From Trichodelitschia bisporula (taxonomy: Eukaryota): a stretch of DNA of 64,000 nucleotides. Positions 49,161 to 60,644 of the stretch are shown here, in pieces (positions within the stretch are counted from its first letter, which is position 1; the number at the start of each line of letters is the position of its first letter). The stretch is taken from assembly GCA_010356995.1 (NCBI GenBank), contig ML996704.1, positions 62,001-126,000 on the forward strand, written 5' to 3'. A program made the position numbers and the translations under genes. The notes under the pieces were generated by a model. It had not been told where the DNA came from and did not search any database. It worked only from the letters and a program-made list of their open reading frames with translations.

Positions 49161-51414
49161 ATGCCTCACTTATTTGAGGACACAACTCCCACCACCTCAC
49201 GTCCTCCGCTGACATCTACCACCTCGACCCCAAACAACATTGCCACTCTCAAGAAACAAGCTCAGCACTCAGCCATAGCGAAGGCTGTCCTGATGCAGAA
49301 AAAGCCGCATTCGATTGATACGGTTCCCAAGGTTGAGACGCGTTTGCGCCACCAAGTGCGCGATGACGACGACGACGAAGATCCTCCTCCCGGTGGGAGC
49401 GTCGACGGTGCGGTCCAGCCGCCGGAGTTGAAGCCCAACACCCGTTCCGACTTGCGGCACCTGCCAAAGAGTCTTCCTCCTCGTCCGACTACCAAGGAGG
49501 GTGCTGCTATCGGCGCTGCGCTAAGTGACACTCCTGCGTCATCGAATCCAGGTAGTCCATCGATGTGAGTTCTTGTGCATGCCTGTCTTCAGATTCAGAC
49601 CTCTGATATCCAGCAGTCCTGCGATGAAGCCGCAGTCATACGCTTCGACTCCTCGTGTCCGCCCGACAACCCTTGACATTCCTGGTCTGACTCGTTCTCG
49701 TGTTTCGCCAGACGGCCGCATCTCTCAGCGTGACATTGGCTCTAAGCTGGTGATTGTGATGGTTGGCCTTCCTGCTCGTGGCAAGAGCTACATCACCAAG
49801 AAACTCGCCAGGTACATGAATTGGCTGCAGCACGACACGAAAATCTTCAACGTCGGCGAGAAGCGCCGGCTTGTCGCGCACGCTATGGACGGCGATCACA
49901 CACATCCTGTGCAGCTTGAGGGCGCTCAGCTGGCGGCTCAGATTCTCATGAGCGATGAGGCGGGTGGTCCCTCCACCCCGATCATCCCATCATTCAGTCT
50001 TAACGACGCTGCCTTGCCTGTCCCCGGCGAATCTCCGGCGACCTCGCCGAACGAAGTGACCGGCGGAAAGACAGAGGGCCATACTCCCGTTACGGAGCAG
50101 ACTGCAGAGTTCTTTGACCCTAACAACGCCGAAGCCGCGCGTATTCGGGAGCAGTGTGCGATCGATACCCTGGATGAGCTTCTGCAGTACATCCTCGTTG
50201 AGGGCGGATCCGTCGGTATCCTGGATGCCACAAACAGCACCCTGTCCCGCCGTAAGCTGGTGATGGAGCGCATTCGCGAGAAGGCGGGTGATCACCTGAA
50301 CGTTCTTTTCATCGAGAGCATCTGCGAGGATGAGACCTTGCTCGAGTCCAACATGCGGCTCAAGCTTTCTGGTCCCGACTACAAGGACAAGGACCCGGTT
50401 GCCTCTCTTACCGACTTCCGGAAGCGGGTCGCCATATACCAAAAGAACTACGTTCCGCTTGGCGACTATGAAGAGAAGAACAACATGCCCTATGTCAAGG
50501 TTATCGACGTTGGCCGCAAGGTCAACTGTCACCAAATCAAGGGGTTCCTCAGCTCCACTGCGGTGTCCTATCTGCTGAACTTCAATCTGGCCCCGCGTCA
50601 GATTTGGATCACGCGCCACGGTGAATCACTTGACAACGTAGCTGGCAAGATTGGTGGAGATTCGGCCCTCAGCGAGAAGGGTGTCGGGTACGCGGTACAC
50701 CTCGCGAAGTTTGTCGAGGCCCAACGCAAGGAATGGGACATTCGCCAGCGCGACCGTGCCGCTCATACTCACTTTCCCCCGCACCCTGGTGACCACACTC
50801 CGCCGAACCCTGTCTTCAGCGCAGGCCCCGAGGGCGAGATCCCTGACATGAACTTCTGTGTTTGGACCTCGATGCTCAAGCGCGGCGTTGACACCGCTCA
50901 GTTCTTCGACGAGGAGGAATTTGATATCAAGCAGATGCGCATGCTAGACGAGCTGAATGCTGGAATCATGGAGGGCATGACCTATGAGGAAATCAAGACC
51001 AAGTACGAGGCCGACTACAAGCTCCGTCGCCAGGACAAACTCGCGTACCGCTATCCGGGTCCCGGCGGTGAAGGTTATCTCGACGTCATCAACCGTCTTC
51101 GCCCGGTCATCGTCGAGCTTGAGCGCATGACCGACCACTGTCTGCTCATCACCCATCGCTCCGTGGCTCGCGTTCTGCTTGCCTACTTCATGGGTTTGCG
51201 TCGCGATGAAGTCGCCGATCTGGACTGTCCGCTTGGAATGTTGTACTCACTTGAACCGGTATGTATTCTTCATTTGACTGTCTAACTGCGCTAACAAATG
51301 CCGCAGAAGCCATACGGCGTCGAGTTTAAGGCCCACCGCTACAATGAGAAGACGGGCTGGTTCTACCATCTCCCCGACTTCCAGCTGCGTCCTTCGGCCG
51401 AAGGTCACCTTTAA
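49161..51414 (+). CDS. PFK26: 6-phosphofructo-2-kinase / fructose-2,6-bisphosphatase family protein
   Basis: VMVGLPARGKSY, ILDATNST, RHGES and LDELNAG motifs. Introns 49565-49613 (or 49616) and 51259-51306. Confidence 0.93.
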
Positions 51415-52320
51415 TGGTCGGTGCCATTCGGTGAATCTTCATGCGGGCGTTTTCGATTGCATGATCGGTGTTTGCGGGTTTTTACGGCTGGGATGGACAC
51501 GGGCACGGACTAGGGATGGACTTACGGGTCTTCGGTGATGTGGCGTCTACGGTTTGATGGTTACCTGGCGTGATGAGATAGATGGCGCTGGGAGGATACC
51601 CGGTGGGACTGGGATACCTGGTAGGATTGGGATTGGTGAAATGGATTTTTAGCATGGCGGATATGGGATATGCTTCACTTCTACTGCTGGTGATACTTTA
51701 CTTGTGCTCTCATGCTTCGCAAGAACCTTGTCCGGAGTTTTAGGCCGTGAACACCTTTCATGGCCGTGACCACCCCACATGACAGGTCCGCCGAGGAAAA
51801 CCACGACGCGCAACCACGATTACTCGTGCCCAAAGTACCTTCGGCTTGCGCCACGCAAGACTGGAACCCGCAGGCGCTAGTTTTGCCTCTTCGCTCCCAT
51901 GTTGCGCGTTTTGCCTCTTTCCCTCCAATCTACCGCCATCGTGCCCATCTTGCCAACCTCGTGGGGTTTGTGGGTGGCCAGGTTGACCCCACTCACCACC
52001 AGCCTGGTCCGGAAGAAGTCGGTCCACAGCTCAGAATTTAGATTTCGCCCTCCGGTAGAAATTCCATGTATAGAAAGGCCATACGGTACAACAACATCTA
52101 ACTTTGAAAAGCGTATCTTCCTGCTCCGTCCTGTCGGGTAGGTGAGAATGCGGCTGTGGCGTTTCATCGGAGGTCGGGCCGAAATTTGCGGGTGGTCCGG
52201 GCGAGCCGGCAAGCCCGCGGACCGCCAGGCTTGTCCGGACAACCTCAATCGATGCGAAGCATGATACGCGCAGCGCCTTACCGAGCCTGTTTCCTTTGCA
52301 AAACAGCACCATGTGATGCA

Positions 52321-53028
52321 TTCAGGTTTAAAAAAAAGCGCCAAGGGCGTTGTGATGCTGTCAGCCTGAAGGTGGGGCGTCGTCTCTAGCCCTGTACGAA
52401 TTGGGAAGGGTTGGCGGGCTTTGGGGGGGGTGCTGCGGCATCGTGAAGAACGCCATGCACACCGCTGAAAATGTACGCCAAGACTTCCCATTGCATCTCA
52501 CTGGGCTGGAAATACCATACAATTAATTCTGATTTCAAAAAGGCGCGTTGCGATGTTGTGCCCGCATCAGGCTGAAGATGGGGTGTCGTGCACGGCCCTG
52601 TCCGACTTGGGAAGGTTTTGCATGGTGTGGCGGCGGTGCAGCGGCATCGCGAGAAACGCAACCATGCAGCTCAAGATGCCGGCTTTACCTTTCCATGGCA
52701 AGTGTATCGGGTCATGATACTTTACGACAGCTTTCGGCTTTCAAAAATGCTGTTATCACGTTGTGGGTGCGTAAGGCTGAACATGGGATGTCGTGCATGG
52801 CCCTGTCCGAATCAGGAAGGGTTGGCGTGCTTTGGCGGTGGTGCAGCGACGTCGTTGAAAACGCCGCGCACACAAGTTGGGTACTATATTAGGCTCCTAG
52901 AACCCTGTTCCTAATTAGGAAAAGTAACGAATCATTTGAAGCTTCGAAAATCCTCGTTGAGACGTTGTGGTCGCATCAGGCTGAACATGGGATGTCGTCT
53001 CCGGCCTCGTCCGAGTTGGGAAGGAAGG
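52321..53028. repeat. Degenerate non-coding tandem array, 4 copies, ~205-bp period
   Basis: Anchor CTGAA(G/C)RTGGGRYGTCGT at 52366, 52572, 52777 and 52981 (spacings 206, 205, 204). Each unit has a ~135-bp similar core and a ~70-bp dissimilar spacer. The fourth copy is truncated. Confidence 0.92.
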
Positions 53029-54477
53029 CTGAATCACGTGAGCAGGGTTCGAACAACATGTCTTCGGAGGACAGGTCAGAGCACTAGCGCGTCTCATGCG
53101 ACTCGGGCGCAAAACTGTTGCGCCTTCATATCCTGCGCTACTTGTAGGGGCGTCAGGATGCTTGATTGCCTTGCATGTCCTATTTCGCATGGGATTTACA
53201 ATTTTTTTGAAATGTCGGCATTCAGAGCCGGTTGATTGACTGCGAGTTTAAAGCATTCCTTTGAGATTTATGTCTGTTTAATGCCAAAAAGTGACTTTAA
53301 GAAAGCGAGAATTTGAAAATGGAAAGGTTAGGCAGAAGGATGTGAGGATGGAGCACGAAAGCTCAGTCTGTGGGTGATGTTTTACGCCATTCACCAAACC
53401 GCCTACGAGGAAGACAGACCAAACTGCCGACGGAAAAAGCCCGTCGTGGAAACATGTCAATACTTTCAATATATACCGCATTGAAATGCTGATGGGGGAG
53501 CATCCTTATGGGAGCAGTCGCCATCTTCAACATCCACCTGCGACACTCGGGATGCATGGTTATACCGAGCCTTCGAAAATGCTTCTTGGGCAGCCCTTCT
53601 CAGAAAAGCCGTGCTTGCCGCTATATTTTTGCCACACTCATGGCCAAAGCTGTATAACCGGAACTTTCCACTGGACGTCGACGCGCCGCCGCTCGCGGCC
53701 CGTGCACCTACGATAACGGCACGAGCCAAGGCTGAATCTCTGCAACGCCATGGTGCCTATGCGTACCAGCATAACACGACGCGGTCTGTGCTCTGTGGGG
53801 TATAAATACTGATGGCGGTGGCATACGACAACCTCGCCACATCATTGCGCGACCAACAGTGGCGTCGGCAAGCAGAAGCCGACTGTGAATCACAATTTGT
53901 AATAAGTGGCAAAAGGGAACAGGCTGGAAGATTCCAGGGGACAATCACTTGGATATATAAACACAGTCTCTCTCGTTGCTAGAAAATCAATCAAGTCAAT
54001 CCTTTCTCACACAAGTCTTTTGGTACCTTCCAACTGTTGGAAGGGGCCAGAAGGATCAGATTGATGTTAGACGGATTCCCATTTGTTACAGCCTTCTGAT
54101 ATTGTAAGTTCCTGTATCACTTCGCGCTCGGTATCTTTGTTGCCGGTATCCGTTAGCGCTCGGGATTGCGTACTTCCGTTGTCTTGTTTCATCGTATCTT
54201 TGGCTCGACGCCACTCCTGTTCCATATTTCCTAAATAGTACGAGTTGCCCACCTGGTACACTCGACAGTTCAGTCTACGTCAATCAACAGAAACCTTTGT
54301 TTCATCTGTTCTCAGCTTCTCCAGTCCAACAATTGATAATCACGGAGTTCGAGTGTGTTCTAGTTCTTTCTGTTTGCGCAAGCATATTCGCCATTCTTTA
54401 TGTATATATATGTCAATAGATAGTTAGGTTGCAGGAAATTGACCAACTCATCGCAATACTCTAAGACCCTAAAGTTA

Positions 54478-54740
54478 CAACAGTTTCTAAGCCTGATATC
54501 CCGGCGGCCTCCTACGACCGCAACAACGCTCGCGAGGCCGAAGCTCAGGGCAGCACTGGTGGCTCCGATGAGTAGACCAACACCTTCACCAACTTCTCAG
54601 TGGCTCTGTACCCTCCATATGTAAGTCAAGAACCACTTGCAATGGACATGAGGCCAAGATCTCCAGTGACAGCAAGATTTGGCCAAGGGCTGTGGCCAGC
54701 AATAGATATGGCTGGGTAACCTTTGAGGAGCTGCAAGGGT
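54478..54740 (+). pseudogene. 3' remnant (copy 0) of the tandem small-protein family
   Basis: Translates PDIPAASYDR..AREAEAQ...DE* versus copy A PEIPAGFYER..AYEAKAR...KE*. It is followed by the same 3'UTR intron-like sequence (GTAAGTCAA...GGACATGAG...CAG) and 3' flank as copy A. Confidence 0.75.
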
Positions 54741-55123
54741 TAGGTGCTCGGATTGCATACTCACGTCATTTGCTCAGTGTTTTCGGGCTTAGATTGTTCA
54801 AGGCTCCGTCCCAGTTGTAGTTCTAGCTCGAATTCCAAAAACTTCAAAAATATGTTCGTGCTTTGATGTGACATTGATGCCATTAGAGACTGTAATATTC
54901 TTCTGGCGCTCTATGCAAAGAAAGCTGAATAATATCCTTGGTCATCTCGTCCGCCCTGAATTTAGCACACTGAAACAATTGGCGGCTCTAAAGAAGGTCA
55001 CAGTACCAGCGTCTTGCTCAAAACGGAGTCGTAATCAGGAAGAAAATATATACCGTAGCACAGTTGAAATGAAAACGACCCAGTCACACAGCAATGAGAA
55101 ATCAATTCGGCTTTTCGGTGCCG

Positions 55124-55167
55124 CAGGCCACAAGCAAGTTAGCGAACCTCGCTAAGAGCCGAGCAAC
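55124..55167. repeat. Near-identical ~44-bp element with hairpin (second copy 57144-57188)
   Basis: CAGGCCACAAGCAAGTT(A)AGCGAACCTCGCTAAGAGCCGAGCAA occurs twice, 2020 bp apart. It contains the stem-loop TTAGCGA-ACC-TCGCTAA. Confidence 0.92.
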
Positions 55168-55964
55168 ACCCCTGTCCGGTTTCGTCTGGCATCGCGGCAT
55201 AGGGGGAGCTGCCCGAACAGCCAACTTTTATAGCCTTGATAGAAGGTATGGTGGTCTCAGGACATGCTATAATGGGATCTAAATCCTAGAAATCCTGTAG
55301 CCCTGCTAGCGGCCAAAGCGATAACGCCGGCCGAGTCGCCTTCAGGCCATTATATCCTGGCTGTTTCAGAAACACCAGACTTCGGAGCGGCAAATCATCA
55401 GGCCGCCAAAAGTCTTATTATCTCATATCCCAATACTGTCAACTGAAAACCTGGGATGGCAGCCCCTCAATGGTCCAGAAGGTTATAGAAGAAGGCGGTA
55501 TGGCAGGCCCGTGCCAAGGTATCAACGGGCAAAGCAAGCACCGCGTACCTGCCATTTACGGCCTATCAACTGGCAGCGCAGGACTTGGAGCTTGAGCCAT
55601 CTATGACCTTAGCTCCATAATGCTGCCATAAAGGTCCAGGCCGCGAGCTTTCAAACCATTTCTTCTACAACCACTGCTCACAGCATACTGAGAGCTGCAT
55701 CCTACCACTCATCCTAGTAAGTACCTTTCCTTTGCAATCTCTCTCCCTCGTCAACGCAACAGTTGGAGCTCAAGTCATCTGTATCCTTGGCTTTTAAATT
55801 CCTTAAAGCTCCTGGCCACATATTTTTCAACCATTTCCTTTACAACAGCAGCTTACAGATTGTAGACCCTCACCACATACCACAACTTCTAACATATCGT
55901 CCAACCCAATTTCATCTTATCCTCAATACCCCAAAGCACTCTTCAGTCCATCTCTACTACCACA

Positions 55965-56643
55965 ATGAGTTCCACCTGGACTGATCTGGCCAAGGCCTTT
56001 GGGGCGACCGAGGAGGTCCGGAATCCTCCCGCCACCACGACCGACAAGGCTAAGAAGCCGCAGGCCACGGCCAACCCGAGTAAGTTGAGCCCTCATTGCA
56101 TTGGCGTGTCTTAAGCAAGCTGACCATACCTACAGGCCAGCCTGTCCGTAAGGATACTGGGGCTCGTCGCTCGACTGCCACTCCCAAGGGGAAGCACCGC
56201 CGTGCCTCCTCCAACCTCTTCGAGACTGCCCGCCCTGATCATCTCGACCGTCGTCGGACAATGCTCCAGAAGGCCAAAGCGATGGGCTCGAGCAAGGCCC
56301 AGGAGTTCGATGATGAGCAGTACTTTGATGCAGCGGATGAGTGTAAGATAACCTTGCTAAATTGGAAAATTTAGCTAACTATGGGTACAGACGAGTTCAT
56401 GCTCAATCCCAAGGGTATGAACAAGTCGCGCAGTAGGTTTATCCCAGGCTTGAATATGATCATGAACTAACATCTGCTCTAGTGAATAAGCGCAACTCCC
56501 AGGTCATGGCACACCAGCGTCGTCAGTCGGAGCAGGTTCAGCAGCCCGAGATCCCCGCTGGCTTCTACGAGCGTCAGTTCGACAACCGTGACTTCGCGTA
56601 CGAGGCCAAAGCCCGGGCGGCCGCCGTTCGTGACAAAGAATAG
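55965..56643 (+). CDS. Copy A: unknown small basic protein, 174 aa, 4 exons
   Basis: Exons 55965-56079, 56136-56342, 56391-56432 (42 nt) and 56483-56643 splice in frame through canonical phase-1 introns with branch sites. Putative 3'UTR intron 56687-56731 and 5'UTR donor at 55717. Confidence 0.8.
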
Positions 56644-58229
56644 GCATTCCTATGAAACTTCCCAGAGGGCCAGTTCCCATCCATAGGTAAGTCAATGGCC
56701 ATTTCAACGGACATGAGCTAATTTCCTTCAGCGCCAATTTACTTAGCCAGGGGCAGTGGCTAACAACGGATATGAATGGGGAATCTTTGGGAGTTTGTAG
56801 GGTTTGCTTTCTCATGACTACTGTACTTTGCGACTAGAATGGAATGCAAAAAATGTGCAATATGCCTGCTTCAATGTGACCTCGCTGCTATGGCAAGCTG
56901 TAACACTTGATTAGCACTTTTTATAAAGGATGTTAAATGACATACTCTGAAGCCTTGCCCGCACTGAGTCCGGCAGATGCAGACAGGTCGCGATTCTTAA
57001 GATGGCAGTGTATAGGCACATTTCTCAAAGGAAACCATAAGTAGAGTAAAAATTCTATTTAAACGCAGCTCAGTCAAGATGGAAGCACTCCAGTGGCACA
57101 AAAGAGAGGGTCACGAGGGGGTTCAGTCGGCTGGCTAGTGCCTCAGGCCACAAGCAAGTTAAGCGAACCTCGCTAAGAGCCGAGCAATACCCCAGCACGC
57201 CCGGTCCGATTTCATCCAGCATCACTGTATGGGGGGCAGCTGCCTGAACTGACAGTCTTTAGCCAGCTAGCAGCCCTGAAATTACAGGAGCTGAGGTTTG
57301 CCCGGGTGTGGCGCGCGTCTGATTAGCTCCGAGCTTTACTTCCTTGTTGAACGCGTGATCAACCGTCCGAATGCCCTGAGCTTGAGGAGATTTGAGTTTT
57401 GTTTTGACATCGACTGTGAGATGTACCCATCCAGATTGAAGACTGAACGCTTGCAAAAATGTAGTACAAACACCAGGTAACTCTATGTCTGTGTGATGCC
57501 GAAGTGACTTGACATCCATAAATAAGCACTGGATTTGACAGAGCAAAGCCTCATGCTCTACTACGAATTGTCCACGTGGGCCACAATCAAGGGATGTAGG
57601 GCTGCTTGTTACGTTTGGAGCACTGCCATATCGAATATTTGCGATGCTACAGCATTGTACGCAGCCAAACTCAACAAGATTCAAATACCATATTTGCTGT
57701 GTGTCAGTGTCCGCCAAGTGTGGCTGCATCCGTGGATATAAACTGTGATATTTGTAAACTCCTCGATGGAGGCATACCTATATTATGAGAAGCAGACCAC
57801 CCCTATTGATGCCGTTAAATGGCGACGCACTGGTTGAGAGCGACAGCGGATGCTTTACATTCGGTATTCCAGTTGGGAACGAAACATGGGATAAAAGACA
57901 TACAGTATACCAAATGTTCTCGGAATAACGCACTGCGATGCAAAAGACATAAAAAGCTCGAGCACCCAGCCTTAACTGCTTGGCACCCGCATGCTGATCA
58001 AAATGCTTAGCGTCAACTCTCTTCGAAACCTTTCCTCTACAGCCTCCACACTGTTCACATTCGACGAACATCGTCAGTCCTGCGCTCACTTTGTAAGTTT
58101 TTGTTCCCTCCCTCGTTCTCCCTCACATCGTTTTCTTCCATCCTTCCACGGTCACCTAATACCCAGCAATAAGTACTGATATTGTTGCAGACATTGCTGA
58201 ATTTGAACCAAAACACCTGTCCCCAAAGC

Positions 58230-58800
58230 ATCATCAAGGCTCCCAGCTGGAAGGAAAAGGTTCTCGAGATGAACAAGCATGGCCCAAAGCTTGGGAAGGA
58301 CACATCGGCCCCTGATGGCAACACCGATACTTCGGCTGGTGTCGGTAAGCTTTCACACTCCGAGAAGCTCTTATTCATGCTAATCACGCCGTTATAGCTA
58401 GCACCCGCACGGCTATATGCCCGGTCGCAAGTCATCCTACGCTTGCAAGGTCATCATGACTGGTCCACAGGGGGGTCAAACGAACGACAAAGCTGCTGAG
58501 GCTACCACCAACGGGACTGTTGGTACGGATAACGTTGACGGCAGTAAGACTTAACTCATCCCATTTGTATTTGGATACTGACATCGACAGACGAAAACGT
58601 CACCCCGAAGGCTGCCAAGCTCCGCCGCTGTAAGTGTTTAACCGGAATGTTGATAAGCCTGCGCTTACTCTCATATAATCTCAGAGGCGGGGGTCGCGGG
58701 CTCGGGTCGGAAGCGTCGTTGGACCCTTCTGGATGCGAAGGCGATGGCTTTCACCTCGCAAGATACGGGTGTCTGGGAGGATATACCGGGGGAGAAGTAA
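58230..58800 (+). pseudogene. Copy B: degenerate paralogue of copy C
   Basis: Introns 58345-58397, 58544-58590 and 58630-~58678 resemble the copy C introns. ATC stands where C has ATG, a frameshift gives TGA at 58457, and the last acceptor is TAA instead of TAG. The last exon reads KRRWTLLDAKA...WED versus KRRSTLLGKKA...WED in C. Confidence 0.8.
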
Positions 58801-59749
58801 GGTCTCCTTTCGGTTGCAACTCATGGCTGGGAGTCGGGCAAAGGAGAGGTGGGTAGAGCCATTTTCCTACAGTAGATAGCTAGGCGTCAGCCGCAAATGT
58901 CACATATTTAAGCAGTCAAGCAAGTTTTGAATGAACACGTGGAAGAGAACTTGAAGAGATAACTTACTCCAGGTTTCTGTGTTCAAAGTAAAACGTATAA
59001 AAGTATCGACATTATATATCTTGCGGCCATCTCAGCTCTAGCGAGATGTGCCCCTTGAACGCTTTCAGTTCACTGACTGAAAGCGGGCGATGCTATATCA
59101 GACAGAAGGTGGTAACGAACGTCCCCTGAAGTGCTCAGCACACAAGCACTATATACTCAAGATGAGAACGTACTTGAGACGAGAGCGGCCTCAGGGCGGA
59201 TTAAAGAAGGCCCCCGTTACAAGCTCAGTGGCAGGAATGAGCTCTTGGGTCCTCCAGAGCACAGGCCGGCAAACATAGAGAAGACCGAGCACTTTGATGC
59301 TTGGCGGCTGCCGGTCTGGCTATAAAAGCCAGCAGCAAGCTCTCTCCAAGTCTCCTCCATTACAGCCACACCCAACACTCTCTTGCTGTCCCATTACTGC
59401 TTTCTGAACAACCGTTCCCGAACAGTAATTGCTTTGCGTCTACCATGTAAGTCTCCGTCCCTCTCTCTCATAGACACTCGCCTTTCACTACTGTATTTCA
59501 TCCTCCTTATATCACCTCCACCTACTGCACCAAAATCGCGTCAGCATAACATTTCCACTTTACAACTCACGTGTACCTTTGTTTTCCTTCATCCGGAAGT
59601 CCATCTCAGACGTGCCTTTGTTTACCACATCACTTGCTTGGAAACTTCAGTACACAAGACGAAGCGAGGTTCAGGAGGCAAGTATATGTACTGGCATTGA
59701 TGCAGTCACTTCCAAGTTCCAAGAACTCCATCAACGTTCACAAGCCATC

Positions 59750-60337
59750 ATGCCTTTGGCCGACATCTTTCGCGAGGCGGCCGAGGACGCTTACAAGCTT
59801 GACAAGGAGGCTTTGGCCGCTAAGGAAAAGGCGGCCGCTTCGGAGCGGGCCAGTAAGTTTTCACTCCCCGAGCGCGTGTTCTTCATGCTAATTGCGCTTT
59901 ACAGTTCAGGAGGAACAGGTCAAGGCGTCCGGCCGCAAGCCGATCATGCAGCGGAAGGTCACTCGGCCCCGTGCCGTCACGATCCTCCGCAAGCAGACTC
60001 ACGTTGCTCTGCCCACCATGAAGCCCACTGCGAACGCTTCCGTCGAGGCTGAGGGCAAAGAGAGTAAATTCAATTCATCCCACTTGCAGTCGATGCTGAC
60101 ATGGACAGACAAAGAGGCCAAGGGTGGAATGGAGACTATGTTCCGTCGCTGTAAGTAGTTATCGACACTGCCGATGAGCCTGCGCTTACCTTTATAGTCT
60201 CCAAGATGCGAATGTCTTCTTCGGCTCAGAAGAACAAGCGCCGTTCCACGCTTCTGGGCAAGAAGGCGAAGTCCTCTAGCACCGACGGCACTGGTGCGGA
60301 GGACTCCGCTTGGGAGGATCTCCAGGAGGAAGACTAG
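59750..60337 (+). CDS. Copy C: unknown small basic protein, 147 aa, 4 exons
   Basis: TATAAAA at 59321 and a 5'UTR intron 59447-59705. Exons 59750-59852, 59905-60063, 60109-60150 (42 nt) and 60198-60337 splice in frame via phase-1 introns. Confidence 0.82.
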
Positions 60338-60644
60338 GGAGGGAATTGCTGGGCAGACGACAGTGAGCAGATGGTTGGCTCCCAGGATGCCTTTCCTCCG
60401 GACTTGACATGATTTCCTCTGTAGTTCTTCTAGCATAGCGACACGTTGACAGAAATTGCACACCTTGCACAAAAGATTGTTCGTGAGCTGTGGCACATCG
60501 TCAAGCAATGAATGTGACATACCCAAAAGACATGGAAGGCCAAGGTGGGGGCTTAATTTCGGAACTGCTTGAGTACTTGCGTCCTGTCATTTGAATCCAA
60601 AGAGCTTAAAGATATCCATACCTCTTGTCGACACCGACCACACC

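Noticed and set aside
51762..51774. 5S rDNA fragment (GTGACCACC) as a Starship target site
   Set aside because: Only ~9 nt resemble fungal 5S rRNA and the flanks do not, so chance is likely.
52321..53028. CRISPR array interpretation of the core/spacer repeat
   Set aside because: Eukaryotic context, degenerate repeats of ~135 bp rather than near-identical 23-50 bp, and no cas genes.
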